A DNA stretch of 64,000 nt from NCBI GenBank assembly GCA_977862235.1, contig OZ374558.1:434001-498000 (forward strand). Reading direction: 5' to 3'. The position numbers and the translations under genes were made by a program. Under the pieces are notes generated by a model, which worked only from the letters and a program-made list of their open reading frames with translations, did not search any database and was not told the origin of the DNA. The stretch is from Dudresnaya verticillata (Eukaryota). Each line of letters opens with the position of its first letter. Position 1 is the first letter of the stretch. This document shows, in pieces, positions 21,698 to 35,239 of the stretch.

Positions 21698-22344
21698 GAG
21701 CATGAGCAAGAAATCCGCCGATCAAGAGGACATTCGGCTTTGTATTGGAACCAAACATTTTTCGCAATCCCTATCCAGATTGTAACGCTTCATCCTCAAG
21801 GCCACAACGTGGAAGCTCTTCCCTGCGACAAGACAGAAAATTGAGGTTTGCAGGTTTGTGGTGAGGCTAGTGTCGAGAAGGATACTCAGACGTTTCAGCA
21901 AAGATCCTGGTTGCAATCGACGTAGCAACCCGCCGGGGTTGTCAAGTTTGTAATCAATGTCTTAAAGGGTGGGGCTGTGGCATCGATTGTTGCTGGTTCA
22001 AGGAAAGTGCGGCACAGACGACTCGCACGGTGGGAAAATAAGCATTTTGGTTGCAGGGATTGTGACTGCTAATGACACTCAAACCAAATCGCATCACTCT
22101 GCGCGAAGCATAGTGCAATTTCTTTTACAATTTTCGTCATCCGCGTGCGATGGCATTGCCTAAAAAGGTGCCTCGCTGCCGTGCCGCCGTGTTGCTTGTT
22201 GATTTGCGGACATCCACAAGCTGAGTGGTAAACTCAGCTTAGTCGGAGATGACACGATGTGGATGGGTTGTTGCTGGCAAGGATGGTTCAGGCCTTTCCG
22301 TGATGTCATGGAGCCAACTCGCAGGAAGGGTTGTCAACAACCCC

Positions 22345-22505
22345 ATCATCATCATCACAACTTTATTGAAGCAAGACGAACAGCGGAAACCCTAATGACT
22401 TAGCCGCTGATGACTACTGGAAGGCCTGGACTAACGGGACGTCGACGATTCACGGCGAGGGCGGTGAGCTGGAGAATGCGGGAAACCAGTGGTGAAACTA
22501 ACGAA
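22345..22505 (-). mobile_element. 5'-truncated CRE-like family A fragment (~160 bp)
   Basis: Reverse complement of ~25397-25560, with TSD CAACAACCCC at 22335-22344 and 22506-22515. Confidence 0.9.
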
Positions 22506-23807
22506 CAACAACCCCTGCTGCAAGTTGGTTCCAGTAGACCCAGCCTTAGGTTAGGGCTTAGGATAGGTCTACTAGAGCCAACTCACGACACACACACATA
22601 TTCCTTGTGGACATTGGATTTTTATCCTCCGCATTGTTCGGATATCAGACAACATACTTAACCGTTCTGTCTGCATATTTTCTAAAGGGTGTTACTTGTT
22701 CTTCTTATCTTTGAAGCAGCAAGTAATTTATATCTATGCCAACATTCGTCGCCAACATTCGTCCCAATAACGTTTTCTCCTCTCCTTTCCGAGCGACAGA
22801 TCCCAATAAATTGTACCCCTCAATAAATAAATATTTGCGGTCACTCTTTCCATTTTGCAGAACGTCATTGCAGCTAGACACGTTCTTTTTCAATATTTAT
22901 TGAGGGACAGAATATGTGTTGCAATAACCCTTTCGAACCAACTGTGTTAACACAACGGGTTTATGACTAACGCAATGCGAAAACTGAACCTTCAATATAA
23001 ATATAAATTTATTGCATTGCGTGCCTACCCTTGACACAATACGAATTGAATATATCCCAGACACTACAAAAATGTTATCCCCCTATGAAGCTGTCTATTT
23101 AAAGCACGGGCTTTTTTCACGCTCAGAAGTACTGTTCTAATAACTCCTTGATCTCTAGAAAGAGACATAGTTTCTAGACTTAAAGCTCCAACATTGATAT
23201 CTATTTCTGGGACAACTGCAAAACTAGAGCGAGATGCCATCCATATCAGTTTATTGAACAAGGAAACCCTCTGGTTGTGTCCCCTGGCGAAGTTCTGTCA
23301 CCATCGCAGCCATGCCTGTCAATTGGATCTGAAATCCAACAACCATCCACAGAAGTTTTTGATATGGAAAGAATGTTTTCCGGTTGGAAACAAGTCAAGC
23401 TACGGTAACAGAGATGTTCTCTTTTTATTTCTTGTCTAGGGTGGTCCTATGCGGGCAAATAGGGCCCATGGTGGGCAATAACGTATACAGACGTAGAAGC
23501 GTGCCAAGAATGCCAAGAGTGCTGTTCTTTTCAATTTTCGTCGCACCAAAAAACGAGAGAGGACCCGTGGCCGTCAAGACACTACCCCGTACAAGGGGTA
23601 AGGGGACTCGGACCAACCAGCTTCCAGAAACACCAAGTCCTGCTTGCTGAAAAGGATGAGATACGTAAAGAAAATCAAGAGAAGACTTCTCCGCCGTCGG
23701 GGCGATAACCTTCCAGAAAGCAACAAAGTTTGCAATGTGATCTGGTGCTTTTCTCGCCTGCTGACGCGAACTCGGAACGTGTAAGGTTGCGAAAGCACTT
23801 CTTCAGT

Positions 23808-25567
23808 GATCCACTTAGCCCTCTATTGTTTGCATTGGTCCTGCAACCTCTCTTGTGTCTCCTTCGTACCCGTTTCTCTATGCCTTTGCAGGTATTCTTC
23901 GCCGATGATGGAAACTCTCCTCCTGCCTCGCAGTATGCTCGGTTCAGTTCTTTCTTTCCTCGCAACGGAAGGATCTAAGATTGGGTTCCATCTCAATCTT
24001 TCCAAAACCACTGCTTGGTGGTGGCGCCGTCCCTCTCGAATCCCTGTCACTACTAACGGGTGCCATGTTACTATATCTCACGATGATGCTCTAACTGTGC
24101 TCGGCTCTCCTATCGGACACTCTGCTGGTTGCCAAGCCCAGTTTCATTCCCGACGGATCAGGGAAACACGTCTGTTGGAAGCGCTTCCAACTCTAAATGA
24201 CCCACAAATGGCCTATCATCTCTTGCGCTATTGCTCCGGTGCTTGAAAGCTGATCTATACCCTACGAACTGCCCCGCCGCATCTAACATTTCCTGAGGCC
24301 GATCTATTCGACCAAGGGCAGCGAAGGGCATTCGAACGTATTCATCACTCGCTTCCTGACGATTCCTGGACTTGTGCGACACTCCCGCTTGAATATGGCG
24401 GGCTTGGCCTCACCTCTACTACCACGCTTGTCGAGCTTTCCTATATCAGTTCTGTAATGGGGGTTTGGGATTTGTTCACTACTTTGATCTCGCCTGCCCT
24501 TTCCATGTTCTCTCGCACAGACTCACGGCGCGGAGTTTGGCTCGAACCTGTAATGCCCTGTGTACTCGGTTCGGATTATCTAGCGATTATCACTTTTCAA
24601 CTCTCCTCTCTCGCACCCAAAAGCGAGGTTACATCCCCCACTTGCAAGAAGAACTCTCCGCGAAGGTTCACGCTCGTTTGGTGGATAATTACTGGCCCTC
24701 CATCCGTTCGACTGAGAGAGAAGATCGTGTGAAAAGGGCCCGACTTCTCTCCTGTGGTAGTTTGGAATCTAGAATGGCCTTTACCGCATTCCCCGATCCA
24801 CACCGAGGCACCTCTGTGTCACCTGCTATATGGGCTACCATGATCGACTTGCGTTTGGGCGCACCTGTATTTGCGCCAGATCTCCCTTGTTCTGCGTGTC
24901 TATCCGTTTCTGGTCGCGTGGTTTCCCTTGACCGTTTGGGGTATCATGCTTCGACATGTCCCTGTGCCCATGGGTCCACTCGTCGTCACAATTCTATTAG
25001 GGATCTCCTTTTTTCTCGTCTCCGTCACCCGTCTATCGGGCTTTCTGTCACGAGAGAGCAGTCCTTTCATCTACAGGACGATCTTCGACGATTGGACTTG
25101 GTGTTGGATGATCCCGCCTTTTCTGATTCATGCATTGGTTATGACCTTACTATTGTGACTCCCTCTACTGCTCGCGCTGTATCCAAGGCATCTGAAATTC
25201 CTGCAGGGGCCGCCCAAGTCGCTGAACGGGACAAGCATCGCAAGTATCGCACTGCTTGTGCAGCACATTGTATTACGTTTCAGCCGCTGGGATTCGACAT
25301 TCACGGAGGCATTGGCCCCGAATGCCGTAGCGCACTTCAAAAGCTCGCTTCTTTCCTGGCCAAGTGCCGGGGAACAAATCCTACTACTGAATACCATTCG
25401 TTAGTTTCACCAATGGTTTCCCGCATTCTCCAGCTCACCGCCCTCGCCGTGAATCGTCGACGTCCCGTTAGTCCAGGCCTTCCAGTAGTTATCAGCGGCT
25501 AAGTCATTAGGGTTTCCGCTGTTCGTCTTGCTTCAATAAAGTTGTGATGATGATGATGATGATGATG
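23808..25567 (+). mobile_element. CRE-like non-LTR retrotransposon family A, 5'-truncated, frameshifted
   Basis: DPLSPLLFAL, FADDG, LGSPIG (RT); CSAC...H..TC, RRHN, RLD...D, K.RKY (RLE); AATAAA plus (TGA)n tail. Confidence 0.88.
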
Positions 25568-25929
25568 TTCTAAGTGTTGAAATGAAGTGGCTTCCGAAGG
25601 CTAAAACGTTTTGTACCCTGGACTCTTTCTATGGGAGAGAAGTAAAGAGAGCATCATCAGCCAATGCTCAGCTGAGAAACCAGGTGCATGTATTCAAGAA
25701 AAAATCCCGTCCTTGCTTGGAAGAAGAGCACTCCATATGATCAATGTGTGTGTGTCACTATATCAGTAACTATCCGACAGAAGGCATCTAGAGCCGTCTA
25801 TATAGGCATAATGAAATCGTAGTTCTTCCAGCGGAAGACAGTTGTTACACAGTGCTTGTTTCATGTCTTGGAACACATGCTATTGCATGTGACAGTAACA
25901 GACACTAAGAACCAAGAGCAGTCACTCGT

Positions 25930-27679
25930 CTACCGTCCGCCGTACGCCTCCGCCTTCATCATCCCACAAATGAACACTGATGCCGACATCCAGACCTTCT
26001 TCTCAGCAACTTGCCATTTTGCATTTTCCCCAAACAAGTTGCGCAGTTTCACAATTTGCCCAAGCACATCTCGCATTGCCCCCTTCACCTTCTGTATCTT
26101 CCTGCATTGTTTCAAAACTGCCACACCCATTAGCAAACCTCCTGTCCCACCAGATCCGGAAATCATGGCGATCCGAAATCCTTGCTGCCACCAATACCGC
26201 CTGCGGGCCCTCTGCAACTCGTTTACCTTTCTTTTCAGCGCGACTAGCCGGTCACATGCCTCCTCCACGCAGCATATCCTTGCTTCTGACAACGCCCGAA
26301 TTTGGATTCGTTTTGCCGTATCGCAGAAAGACCCAATAGGAGGGAGAATTTGTTGCATTGGAAATGTTTGCTTGGAAAGGCCTGTGTCGAAGAGCGCAGT
26401 GGCACAGACCATATTACTTGGAGAAGCGAAGGGAGTTCTTCTCTTGCTGGATGAACGATTTGGTACGTGCTTTGTGTTCAGGAATTGATCGGCCCATGTA
26501 GCGGTTATGCATATGAGTATGCCTGGTTGTGTACACTGGTGCACGAGCTTTTAAGCCGTTTCCTGACCCTGGAGTGCCCGCTACGAAAACTGAACGGTTG
26601 ATACTCATGCTCATACTTTCATCGGAAAAGTGATCTGGTCACAGTGTACGTTTGCCGCCAGCCCGCATTCCGGGCTCTTCAGAGTGAGGCGTTTTTGGGC
26701 ACAGGGCGAAACGACCTGCGCCTCACTGGGCGCTGTCAACAGTGTGGACAAAGCCCTTTGTAATGCGATTCTGCGCTGTAATGGACTTTTGGCGCGCCGT
26801 CGTGCGTTCTGCTCGTCGGCGAAATTTCTACAAGAAGGGGCAGCCGGCGTCAAGACGGGAGAGGAGAGAGAGAGCTCAACATAACATCGCGATCAGCATC
26901 CACCACACAGGGGAACCCAGGGAGGGAACCTGCAGCCATCGCCGGCCTACATTGCCCGGCTCTGGGGCACAGTCCCTAGCGGCGAGGTGACCTGTTGCTG
27001 CGGTTGGCAACCTCGGCCTGCCTGGTCGGGCAGTGAATTAGCCATCTGAGCGGTGAGTGATGACGACGGATGGGTGTGGCCTTTTTGCGTGCTCATCTGC
27101 AAGCGCCCTGAGGTATGAGCATCCACAAGGGACATAGACTCGTGTGTGTCTGCTACGGGTATTACCGCCATGTGTCTACAATTCCTTGACGCTTTGGCCA
27201 AGTCTCATCACCCACTGCTTCTTGGCAAGCTACTGCAACGCTGCATTTCTGCGCTGCAAGGACATGCCAAGCAGCAAGCAGCAGGGGTACCGAGCTTTGT
27301 ACTGTATACATGCCCTTCGTAGTCATATATCGGCGAAAGTGGAGTACAAAGAGCAGGTCCCAGGTAGACGATTACCCAAGCTTCTGTTTTGTCTGCCATC
27401 TCCGGGTATAGCGTTCTCCCCTATCTGACAGCCGAACTGCTCCGATTCAAACTTCTCCTCGCTCCGCCTCTGCACGCCGTCATGCTAACCATCACGATCG
27501 TAAGCTCGCGATTTGCTGACACCTCTGGATGTGCCCCATTCCTCCGCTTTCTGACAATTCTTTCTCTGTCGGCCCTCCCGACTTTGACTCAACTGTTCTC
27601 TATCTTCAGTTTCGGGTTTCATAGGGCCCGACTCAGACCGTCCGAGCCGACAACGTTTCCATAACATACCGGCTGCCAT
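25930..27679 (-). pseudogene. degenerate gene of unknown function (5' part also at 8365-9051)
   Basis: Series of same-strand ORF fragments ending in 204-aa ORF 25930-26544. No motif recognised. Confidence 0.25.
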
Positions 27680-28066
27680 CCATACCCTTTTTGCGCTACG
27701 CGCTTTACCTCTACTTGCGCCAGTAGGTTTCTCTCCCTGAAAAGTCGCCCGGTTTTTGTTTTAGCATCGGTCTACTGTGTCCTTGTGGGTTGGAATAGGC
27801 CGTGGGTGTTGCGTAGCTACGAGGACTCACCTTAAACTGTTTCCAGAATATTCATCGCGAACGGCATTTGTATACTCGTGTCACGGTCCTACTACGGCTG
27901 GTACCGATGATTGCAATCTGACCCAGAACTGGCACGTTTCATGCATCTAGTGAACCTTTGTGGTGGTCGCAGGGGGATCTGGGATATGCAAACTACGGAA
28001 TAGGGGCAGGACCAGTACTCAGACCACATTGGTTGACACCTACGGAACCACACTGGCGAAGGAAAC

Positions 28067-31000
28067 TGTCAAAAGCAGTAACAACTGCAGTGCGTCCTCA
28101 ATCGAGATGCACACGAATTTGGCCTTCACCAAATTCGGAGGTAACCAAATGTAGGAGTTACCCTTTGTAGTATTGAAGCTTTAGAGAGTTTGGCTACCCA
28201 CGAGTAGTATAAGTTACCTCGCACATTGAAGTGAATAGAGGTAGACACAAGTAAACAACCAAGCCAACTTCTCAACTCTCATCAGGTTATGGGCTACTAA
28301 AGGCTACTGTGCTACGCTGAATTGTCTCCTCTGTGCTACCGACCGCCAGTACCACGATGACGGAGCCCCTAGACACCGTGGATACCAGTCGCTATCACAT
28401 TGAGCGTCTTAACTCTACCAACTACTACCGCTGGTCCCGCAAGGTCGAACTGGTTCTCCGCGGCAAAGGTCTTTGGACAATCGTCAGTGGATCTGAACTC
28501 ACACCCGAGGACCCTATCGAGCAGGCCAAGTACCTCCGCCGGCGCGATTCGGCGTTGAGCAACATTCTCCTCACCATTGGTGATTCCTGTAATGCTGCCG
28601 TCATTGACCTCCGAGACCCGACCGAAGTCTGGACACAACTACAGACTACCTACCAGGCTATCTCCGAAGCGTCAGTCGACACATACCTCGAGCAGTACCA
28701 GGTTCTCAAGATGAGGACCGACGAGAAAATCGTCCAGTATGTCAACCGCCTTCGGGAACTCGAGAGCAAATTGTCCGGTGTCGGACACACTGTTTCCGAA
28801 AGCGACAAGAAGCGAGCCCTGCTTCGCGGCTTGACCGAGGACTACAGTGTTCCTGTACAAGTCATCCGTGCCATGAAACACGACCGTCAAGTTGCAATTG
28901 GCATGCTTGGCACTCACGAGATGTCATTGCCGCCTCGTGACACCGATATGTCCTCCGCGGAAGACTCCACCGCCCTTTCTGCTCAACATGCCAAGAAATG
29001 TACCCACTGCGGTCGAAAGGGGCATATCAAGTCGGAATGTTTCCACAACCCCGAGAGTCCGAGGTGTCGCCCCAACCCCACCCATCGGGGTAACCACGAC
29101 ACGTACAACACTCGTCGAACCCGTGGTTCGCATTCAAGGAGTTATGGAAGATCTCGTGACAAACGAAGCGACAAGGACGACACCTCTGAAGACGTAGGCT
29201 CGAGATACATCACCTTTATTGCTACATGCCTCACCTCTCGATCCGGCTCTGCGCTAAAGCTTAAGGACAAGTGGTTCCTCGATTCCGGGGCCACTTCAAA
29301 CATGTGCAATAACGAAACGTTCTTCAAAGATCTAAGCTCAAATGGAACAGACGCCTCGGTTTCCGTCGGAGATGGAACCCAGACTCAAGTCAAAGGTGTA
29401 GGCACAGTTCGAGGTCGTGCGAAGTTTGATGGCATGACCCAGTCCGTTCGTATGCAGGACACACTTTTCATCCCTGATCTCATGTGCAACCTCATCTCTG
29501 TGAGCAGGCTCCGCCGTGCCGGTTTCAGAATCCACTTTGACACTGATAACCAGGGAAACGGAATCTGTGTCGTTTCCCGTGCTGGCACTTCAGGAATCTT
29601 CCTCAAAGGAACCAAGCGGTCTGACGGGCTTTATGAAATCGACATGCTGCCTGAAGACCTCGCTCTACTCACGAAGGAAGAAGAACAAGACCTCTGGCAT
29701 GCCCGTCTTGGACATGCGAGCAAAGGGACCATTGAAAAGACTATCCCCATCGTCAACGGCATCTCGCTCAAGCATTGTACCAAGCTTTCTATCTGCGAAC
29801 CATGCCAGACCGGTAAGTCCACTCGCGACTCCCGCCCGCCCTCGCGCTCTGACAATTTAAAACCCCTAGACCTTGTCCACGCAGATATCATCGGACCCGT
29901 GAGAGACCCTTCCCTACGGGTCTCGCTACTGTATCCCATTGTCTGATGACGCTAGCGGGCTGTCTCTCGTTCGCTTCATGAAATCAAAGAAGCCGGCTGC
30001 CGAATGCATCAAGCATATGATTCTCGAACTGGAGACAATCTTCCGTGGCAATGTCAAGCGCATTACCGTCCGCCGTCTTCGCACAGACAACGGTAAAGAA
30101 TTCCTCTCCGGACCCTTCAAGAAATGGCTCGCCGACAAAGGTATCATCCATGAACGCAGTGCTCCGTACTCTCCGGAATCTAATGGAAAGGCCGAACGCC
30201 TCAACCGCACCCTCATGGACATGGCATGTACACTCTTACAGGAGGTTTCCCATCTCAAGTGTCATGACCGTTTATGGGCTGAAGCCATGCACACCGCGAA
30301 CTACATCCGCAACCGGCTCTTCACGACTGCTTTCAACGACCCTAACAAGACGCCGTACGAAGTCATTGTTGGAGAGCGCCCTGATATTTCTCACTTTCGC
30401 GCTTTCGGCGCGGTCTCCTACGTGCATGTCCCGAAGCCACGGCGCTCTGGAAAGTTCTTTGCGCGTGCAAAGAAGGGGGTTCTGGTCGGCTATGATAGCG
30501 GGAACAGCTACAAGGTCTACATTCCGACTGAGAACAAAGTAATCACCTCCCGAGATGTCACTTTCGATGAAACACAACGCTATGGTCAGTCTCGCTCTGA
30601 TCGTCCCGCTACCTTCAAGTCTGGACGACCCTCTAACGTTTCCTTCAACGTGGATGAGGATGATGATGACTGCCCTTCTCTGCTTGGCAGTGAAGACCAC
30701 AGCGCCTCCGAGACAACGGATGACGATTCCAGTGATGAAACCGATTCTGACGACGACTCTGACGATTCTTCAGGCGACGACGAAGACAATTTCCATGATG
30801 CGCAGGATAATCCATCTCCCGCACACAATCCGGACGATTTCACCCATTTTCCCAATGCCACGCGCTCCGGCCGCATCTCGAAGCCGCCTACGCGCTACAC
30901 GGACCTCACCGCCATCGCTCTAAACGTCCGCCTCGGAAATAATGACAGTACTGTGCCAACGACATACAGTGAGGCTGTCAAGGGATCTCACGCACCTGAG

Positions 31001-32770
31001 TGGCAAGATGCCATGCAGAACGAGATCGATGAGCTCAACCAAAATGGAACTTGGGTTCTCGAAGCACGACCATCCAGCATCCAGCCAGTCAAGAACAAGT
31101 GGGTCTACATGAACAAGTTCGATGCTGCAGGTCTTCTCACTCGTCGTCGGGCGCGTCTCGTGGCGAAAGGCTTTACGCAAAAACACGGCATTGACTACAA
31201 CGAGACTTTCGCTCCTGTTGTAAGGTACTCCACGCTGTGCTTCATTCTGGCTCTCGCAACTGATGAGGAGTTGGCTCTTCTGCAGTTGGATGTCAAGGCA
31301 GCCTTCCTGAACGGCGAACTCGATGAAACCATCTACATGGAGCAACCAGAAGGATTTGTAGACCCTTCAAGATCTAAGTGGGTCTATCGTCTGCTCAAGG
31401 CCCTGTATGGTTTGAAACAAGCATCCCGGGCCTGGCATCGCGTCGTGGATAGGCTTCTTACCTCTTTGGGGTTTACCAAATCGAAATCCGATTCCACTCT
31501 CTACATCCTCCACATTCGCAACAAAACGATTTACCTGCTTGTCTACGTCGATGACATGCTGCTTGCTGGTCCATCTCGCCGCGATCTTACCACAGTCGCC
31601 AACCGCATCGCCGCACATGTATCAATTCGAGTCGAAGATGATGTATCGAAGTTCCTGGGAATCATCATCGAACGCAATCTCCAGCTCAGCACGTTGAAGA
31701 TCCACAGTGCCCTGATGATTGATCAGCTCACCGAGAAGTTTGGAATGTCACAGTGCCGTACAGCAGACGTCCCGATCCCTCTGGGGATGGTCTTAGATTC
31801 TCCACCTCTACTACAGTCTCGGGACGAGGGGGAGTACCGGCGCATGCAGTTCGTGCCATACCGCGAACTAGTCGGCGCATTACTTCACTTGGCCGACACG
31901 ACCCGCCCCGACATCGCTTTCGCCACCTCTTTCCTTGCCCGGTTTATGCAGGATCCCCTGGTGATGCACTGGAAAGCGGCCAAACAGGTGTTGCGCTATC
32001 TGAAGAAGACAAGGGACCTAGGCATTGTGTATCATCGCGCCGCTAAACAGGGAACAACGCTCCTGGGCTACACTGACTACGATTTCGCAGCTGACCGCAT
32101 CGAGCGCAAGTCAGTGAGTGGCTTCGTTTATCTCTTTTCTGGTGGAGCTATCTCTTGGCGATGTAAGAAACAGGATGTGGTAGCACAGTCTACAGTAGAG
32201 GCTGAGTATATCACCCTGTCCTATGCAGTTCGAGAAGCCATCTGGCTACGCCGGATGCTTGCCGAGTTTGACTGCACTTCGTCTAGTAGCATTGACGTGC
32301 TAATTCGGGGCGACAATCAGGGAGCCTTAGAGCTGGCGAAGAACGATGTATGCAACGACCGCTCCAAGCACATCGATGTCAAGTATCATTTTCTTCGAGA
32401 CCATGTTCGCAATGGAACCATCAAGCTGCTGTACGTGCCTACGAACGAGATGGTTGCCGACATCATGACGAAGTCTCTCAACGCGAAGAAGCACACCCAC
32501 TTTGTCCAAGGCATGGGCCTACGCGAAACAGACGCTTGAGGACGAGGGGGAGTGTCAAAAGCAGTAACAACTGCAGTGCGTCCTCAATCGAGATGCACAC
32601 GAATTTGGCCTTCACCAAATTCGGAGGTAACCAAATGTAGGAGTTACCCTTTGTAGTATTGAAGCTTTAGAGAGTTTGGCTACCCACGAGTAGTATAAGT
32701 TACCTCGCACATTGAAGTGAATAGAGGTAGACACAAGTAAACAACCAAGCCAACTTCTCAACTCTCAACA
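28067..32770 (+). mobile_element. full-length Ty1/Copia element, copy 2 (duplicated with its flanks)
   Basis: LTRs 28067-28284 and 32553-32770. Same flanks, TSD and frameshift as copy 1. The 5' LTR has A>T at 28282. Confidence 0.97.
28357..32539 (+). pseudogene. gag-pol: Copia gag-pol, frameshifted near 29917
   Basis: As copy 1, with a few substitutions (S>A, I>L, M>T). Confidence 0.93.
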
Positions 32771-34222
32771 AAACAATGCAGGTAGAATGTATGGGGTTTC
32801 GACAACTAGGCTTGTCCCTTTCTTGGAGAGAGAGAACCTTTGTATGTACAAGCACAATAGGGACGTTACCTCGTCCCGGAGGCTACAGGGCCAAGAGAGA
32901 GTGCAAGGCGACGGCGGTTGGTGGCTAAGACTGATGGCGTAGCAAATGAAATATAAACCGGAAAGTAAGCGCTTGGCTTTTATCAGACGGGATACTGCCG
33001 GTGCATTCGGCTGTATAGGAACCAATACCCCCAAGAACTTGGCGAGCGCCAGGCCCCACAGCGCCATAAGTATCTTGCTATTCCTGAGTAAAGTTAATCT
33101 CTCTCTCTGTCTCTATCTCTCTCCATAGGTATCAACACCAATGGCATAGAAGTCCATCCCCTCAGCATCGGTAAGATCCCGACAGTGGACGTGTTTCGGG
33201 CGTTCAGCTAAGCCATGTCACCAGCACCAAATTTGCACGAGGAGGTGCGGGAGTAAATCTGTAGCAAAAGGAGCCGCAACAGTGAGATCGAATGCCTCAG
33301 ACCTGGTACATGGGTTGAAAGTGTCCTTACGACGACGACGAGGGAGCGGGAGATGAAGCCCAGCTCAGAGACCTAGTTTGCGAGTTCCAACGCATGATCG
33401 CAGAAAAGGGCTACTCGGAAAAGGCATGCATGTTCCGTTCTTTGGTTCGCAGTTGATGCAGAGGGAAGAGAAAAACGAACCAAGAGCTTTCGTTTGTTCC
33501 ACCATTTACAACAACACTTGTTGTGCTGGTCTGCCTGGATAGGAAGGGCAGGTCCAATTGATAGCCCATATTACAGCAGACGAGTAGGCATCGAAAGGTG
33601 TCGGTGTCCGGAGAGGTATGGAGAAGCGAGGGGTGAATGATAAAGCAGATAGGGTACTCGGTCACGATGTACTCGGCCATGAGATACCTTGTCAAGGAGC
33701 GGGTGAGTGTCTGAGCTTTGCTTGTTGCTTTTCCATCTTCGCGTTTTTTCTGAGAATTCTGAGATGGACCGCTGCGGGCCACCGGTCCGCGGAGCAACTC
33801 GAGGCCTGTTTTTAGAAAAGCACTTTTCTCTCGCGGGCTTCCTTGGTTTTACTGACGGCAGCGTCGTGGCAAATGGCGGTAATTGCGTTCTGTGTGCTGA
33901 GATCCACACGACCGACATAGTCCATACGACATGCACGCTGTGCGACGAGCGGTTCGTGGTTGGGGGAGTCCCCAGTCTGTTGCGATACACCCGCTCCTGG
34001 TTGTCCAGCTTCGGAAAAACGATCACCGCCACCCACCCCGTGCTCACGTTTGCTTTGCTCATTCCTCCTGTTTGTCTCCTCCAAGCATCCTATCGTCGGC
34101 CGTTTGGCTTTCCCATCTTACATTTGTTGTGAACTTGAGAGCCCTCGCCTCTTGCTCTCAAGTGAGCAGCAGCGATGAATAACTATCATGCTCCTCGATC
34201 ATCGGGAAATTAATTCTCAGCA

Positions 34223-35239
34223 ATGAACCTATCAGACCGTTTTCAAGTTCATTTCGACTCGGCTATGATGATTCTTGGAGAGGAGAACAAGGATTGCCTG
34301 CATCTACTAATGAAGATCCTGGGCACGGGGACTGCAAGCCAAACTGTTTCAGCCAGGATGACCAGGCAGTTTATTGAAAAGCTTTACATGGACAGAGATC
34401 GGCTTGAGGTTGTCAAAGCCGTTGCAGAATTCATTTGGGACCCAAAAAGCAAGCGTCAAGGACTTCGAAGCTCTTTTGAAGCGTACTGTTGGGCTGTGCG
34501 ATTGTACGAAAATGTTTTGGACTACCAGGAAGATAGAGATGCCAGCTTAAAGTTGGCTCATCTACAGGAAATAGGTTACTACGGGCAGTATGCAGAGTTA
34601 AGCATGGCCGCAAACATTTACAGCAGAATCATTCGCGAGGGTCAGGATTTCGATGGCTCAATCATGTGCCATTTCGGGAAAATGCTTCTGGAGAAGTCTC
34701 GGCCGCACGTTGATGTTACTACGGAAGTTAGAGACTTGTACAGGAGAGCTGTAGAAGAAAGAGGAAACCTGGAAGCATGTTATCGCCTTGCTTGCTTGAT
34801 TCAGGATCGGCCAAGAAGCACTGATGAAGAGAAGGAGAACGCAAAAGGGCTTCTAGAACGTGTTGTTAGTGCTGCGAAAACCCGTGGTGGGGGAGGTACG
34901 AGTAGCTTCATTTCTGACACAAAGTACCGTTTGGCTGAGTTTCTATTCCGGGCCGATAAGAAGGCAGCCGTTTCGCTTCTGCAAGAATCATTCGCCAAGG
35001 AGCACCATGTCAAGGCAAAGCTGAGATTGGCAAATCTTCTGAGTGAAGGCTGTGTGGAGGTTGAAAAGGATGAGGCGCGAGCTACTGCCCTTTGCAAGCA
35101 GGTCCTGGAGACAGAAAGGAACGCGGAAGCACTGTTCATTCTGGGGTTCTTAGAGAAGAACATCAAAACTGCATCAACGTTCATTGTTGCCGGTCTTCTT
35201 GATGATCACAACCATGAAGCGGTTGTGTCCCTAGCTTAA
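34223..35239 (+). CDS. Sel1/TPR-like protein, duplicate
   Basis: Same translation as 15595-16611. Confidence 0.6.
   Translation: MNLSDRFQVHFDSAMMILGEENKDCLHLLMKILGTGTASQTVSARMTRQFIEKLYMDRDRLEVVKAVAEFIWDPKSKRQGLRSSFEAYCWAVRLYENVLDYQEDRDASLKLAHLQEIGYYGQYAELSMAANIYSRIIREGQDFDGSIMCHFGKMLLEKSRPHVDVTTEVRDLYRRAVEERGNLEACYRLACLIQDRPRSTDEEKENAKGLLERVVSAAKTRGGGGTSSFISDTKYRLAEFLFRADKKAAVSLLQESFAKEHHVKAKLRLANLLSEGCVEVEKDEARATALCKQVLETERNAEALFILGFLEKNIKTASTFIVAGLLDDHNHEAVVSLA

Noticed and set aside
22546..22565. TTAGG/TTAGGG telomere-like sequence
   Set aside because: Only three degenerate units; not an array.
22800..23022. AT-rich segment with short inverted repeats (CCCTCAATAAATA / TATTTATTGAGGG), MITE-like
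   Set aside because: No clear terminal pair or TSD.
28067..32770. Second Copia as an independent transposition
   Set aside because: Flanks and TSD are identical to copy 1, so it arose by segmental duplication.
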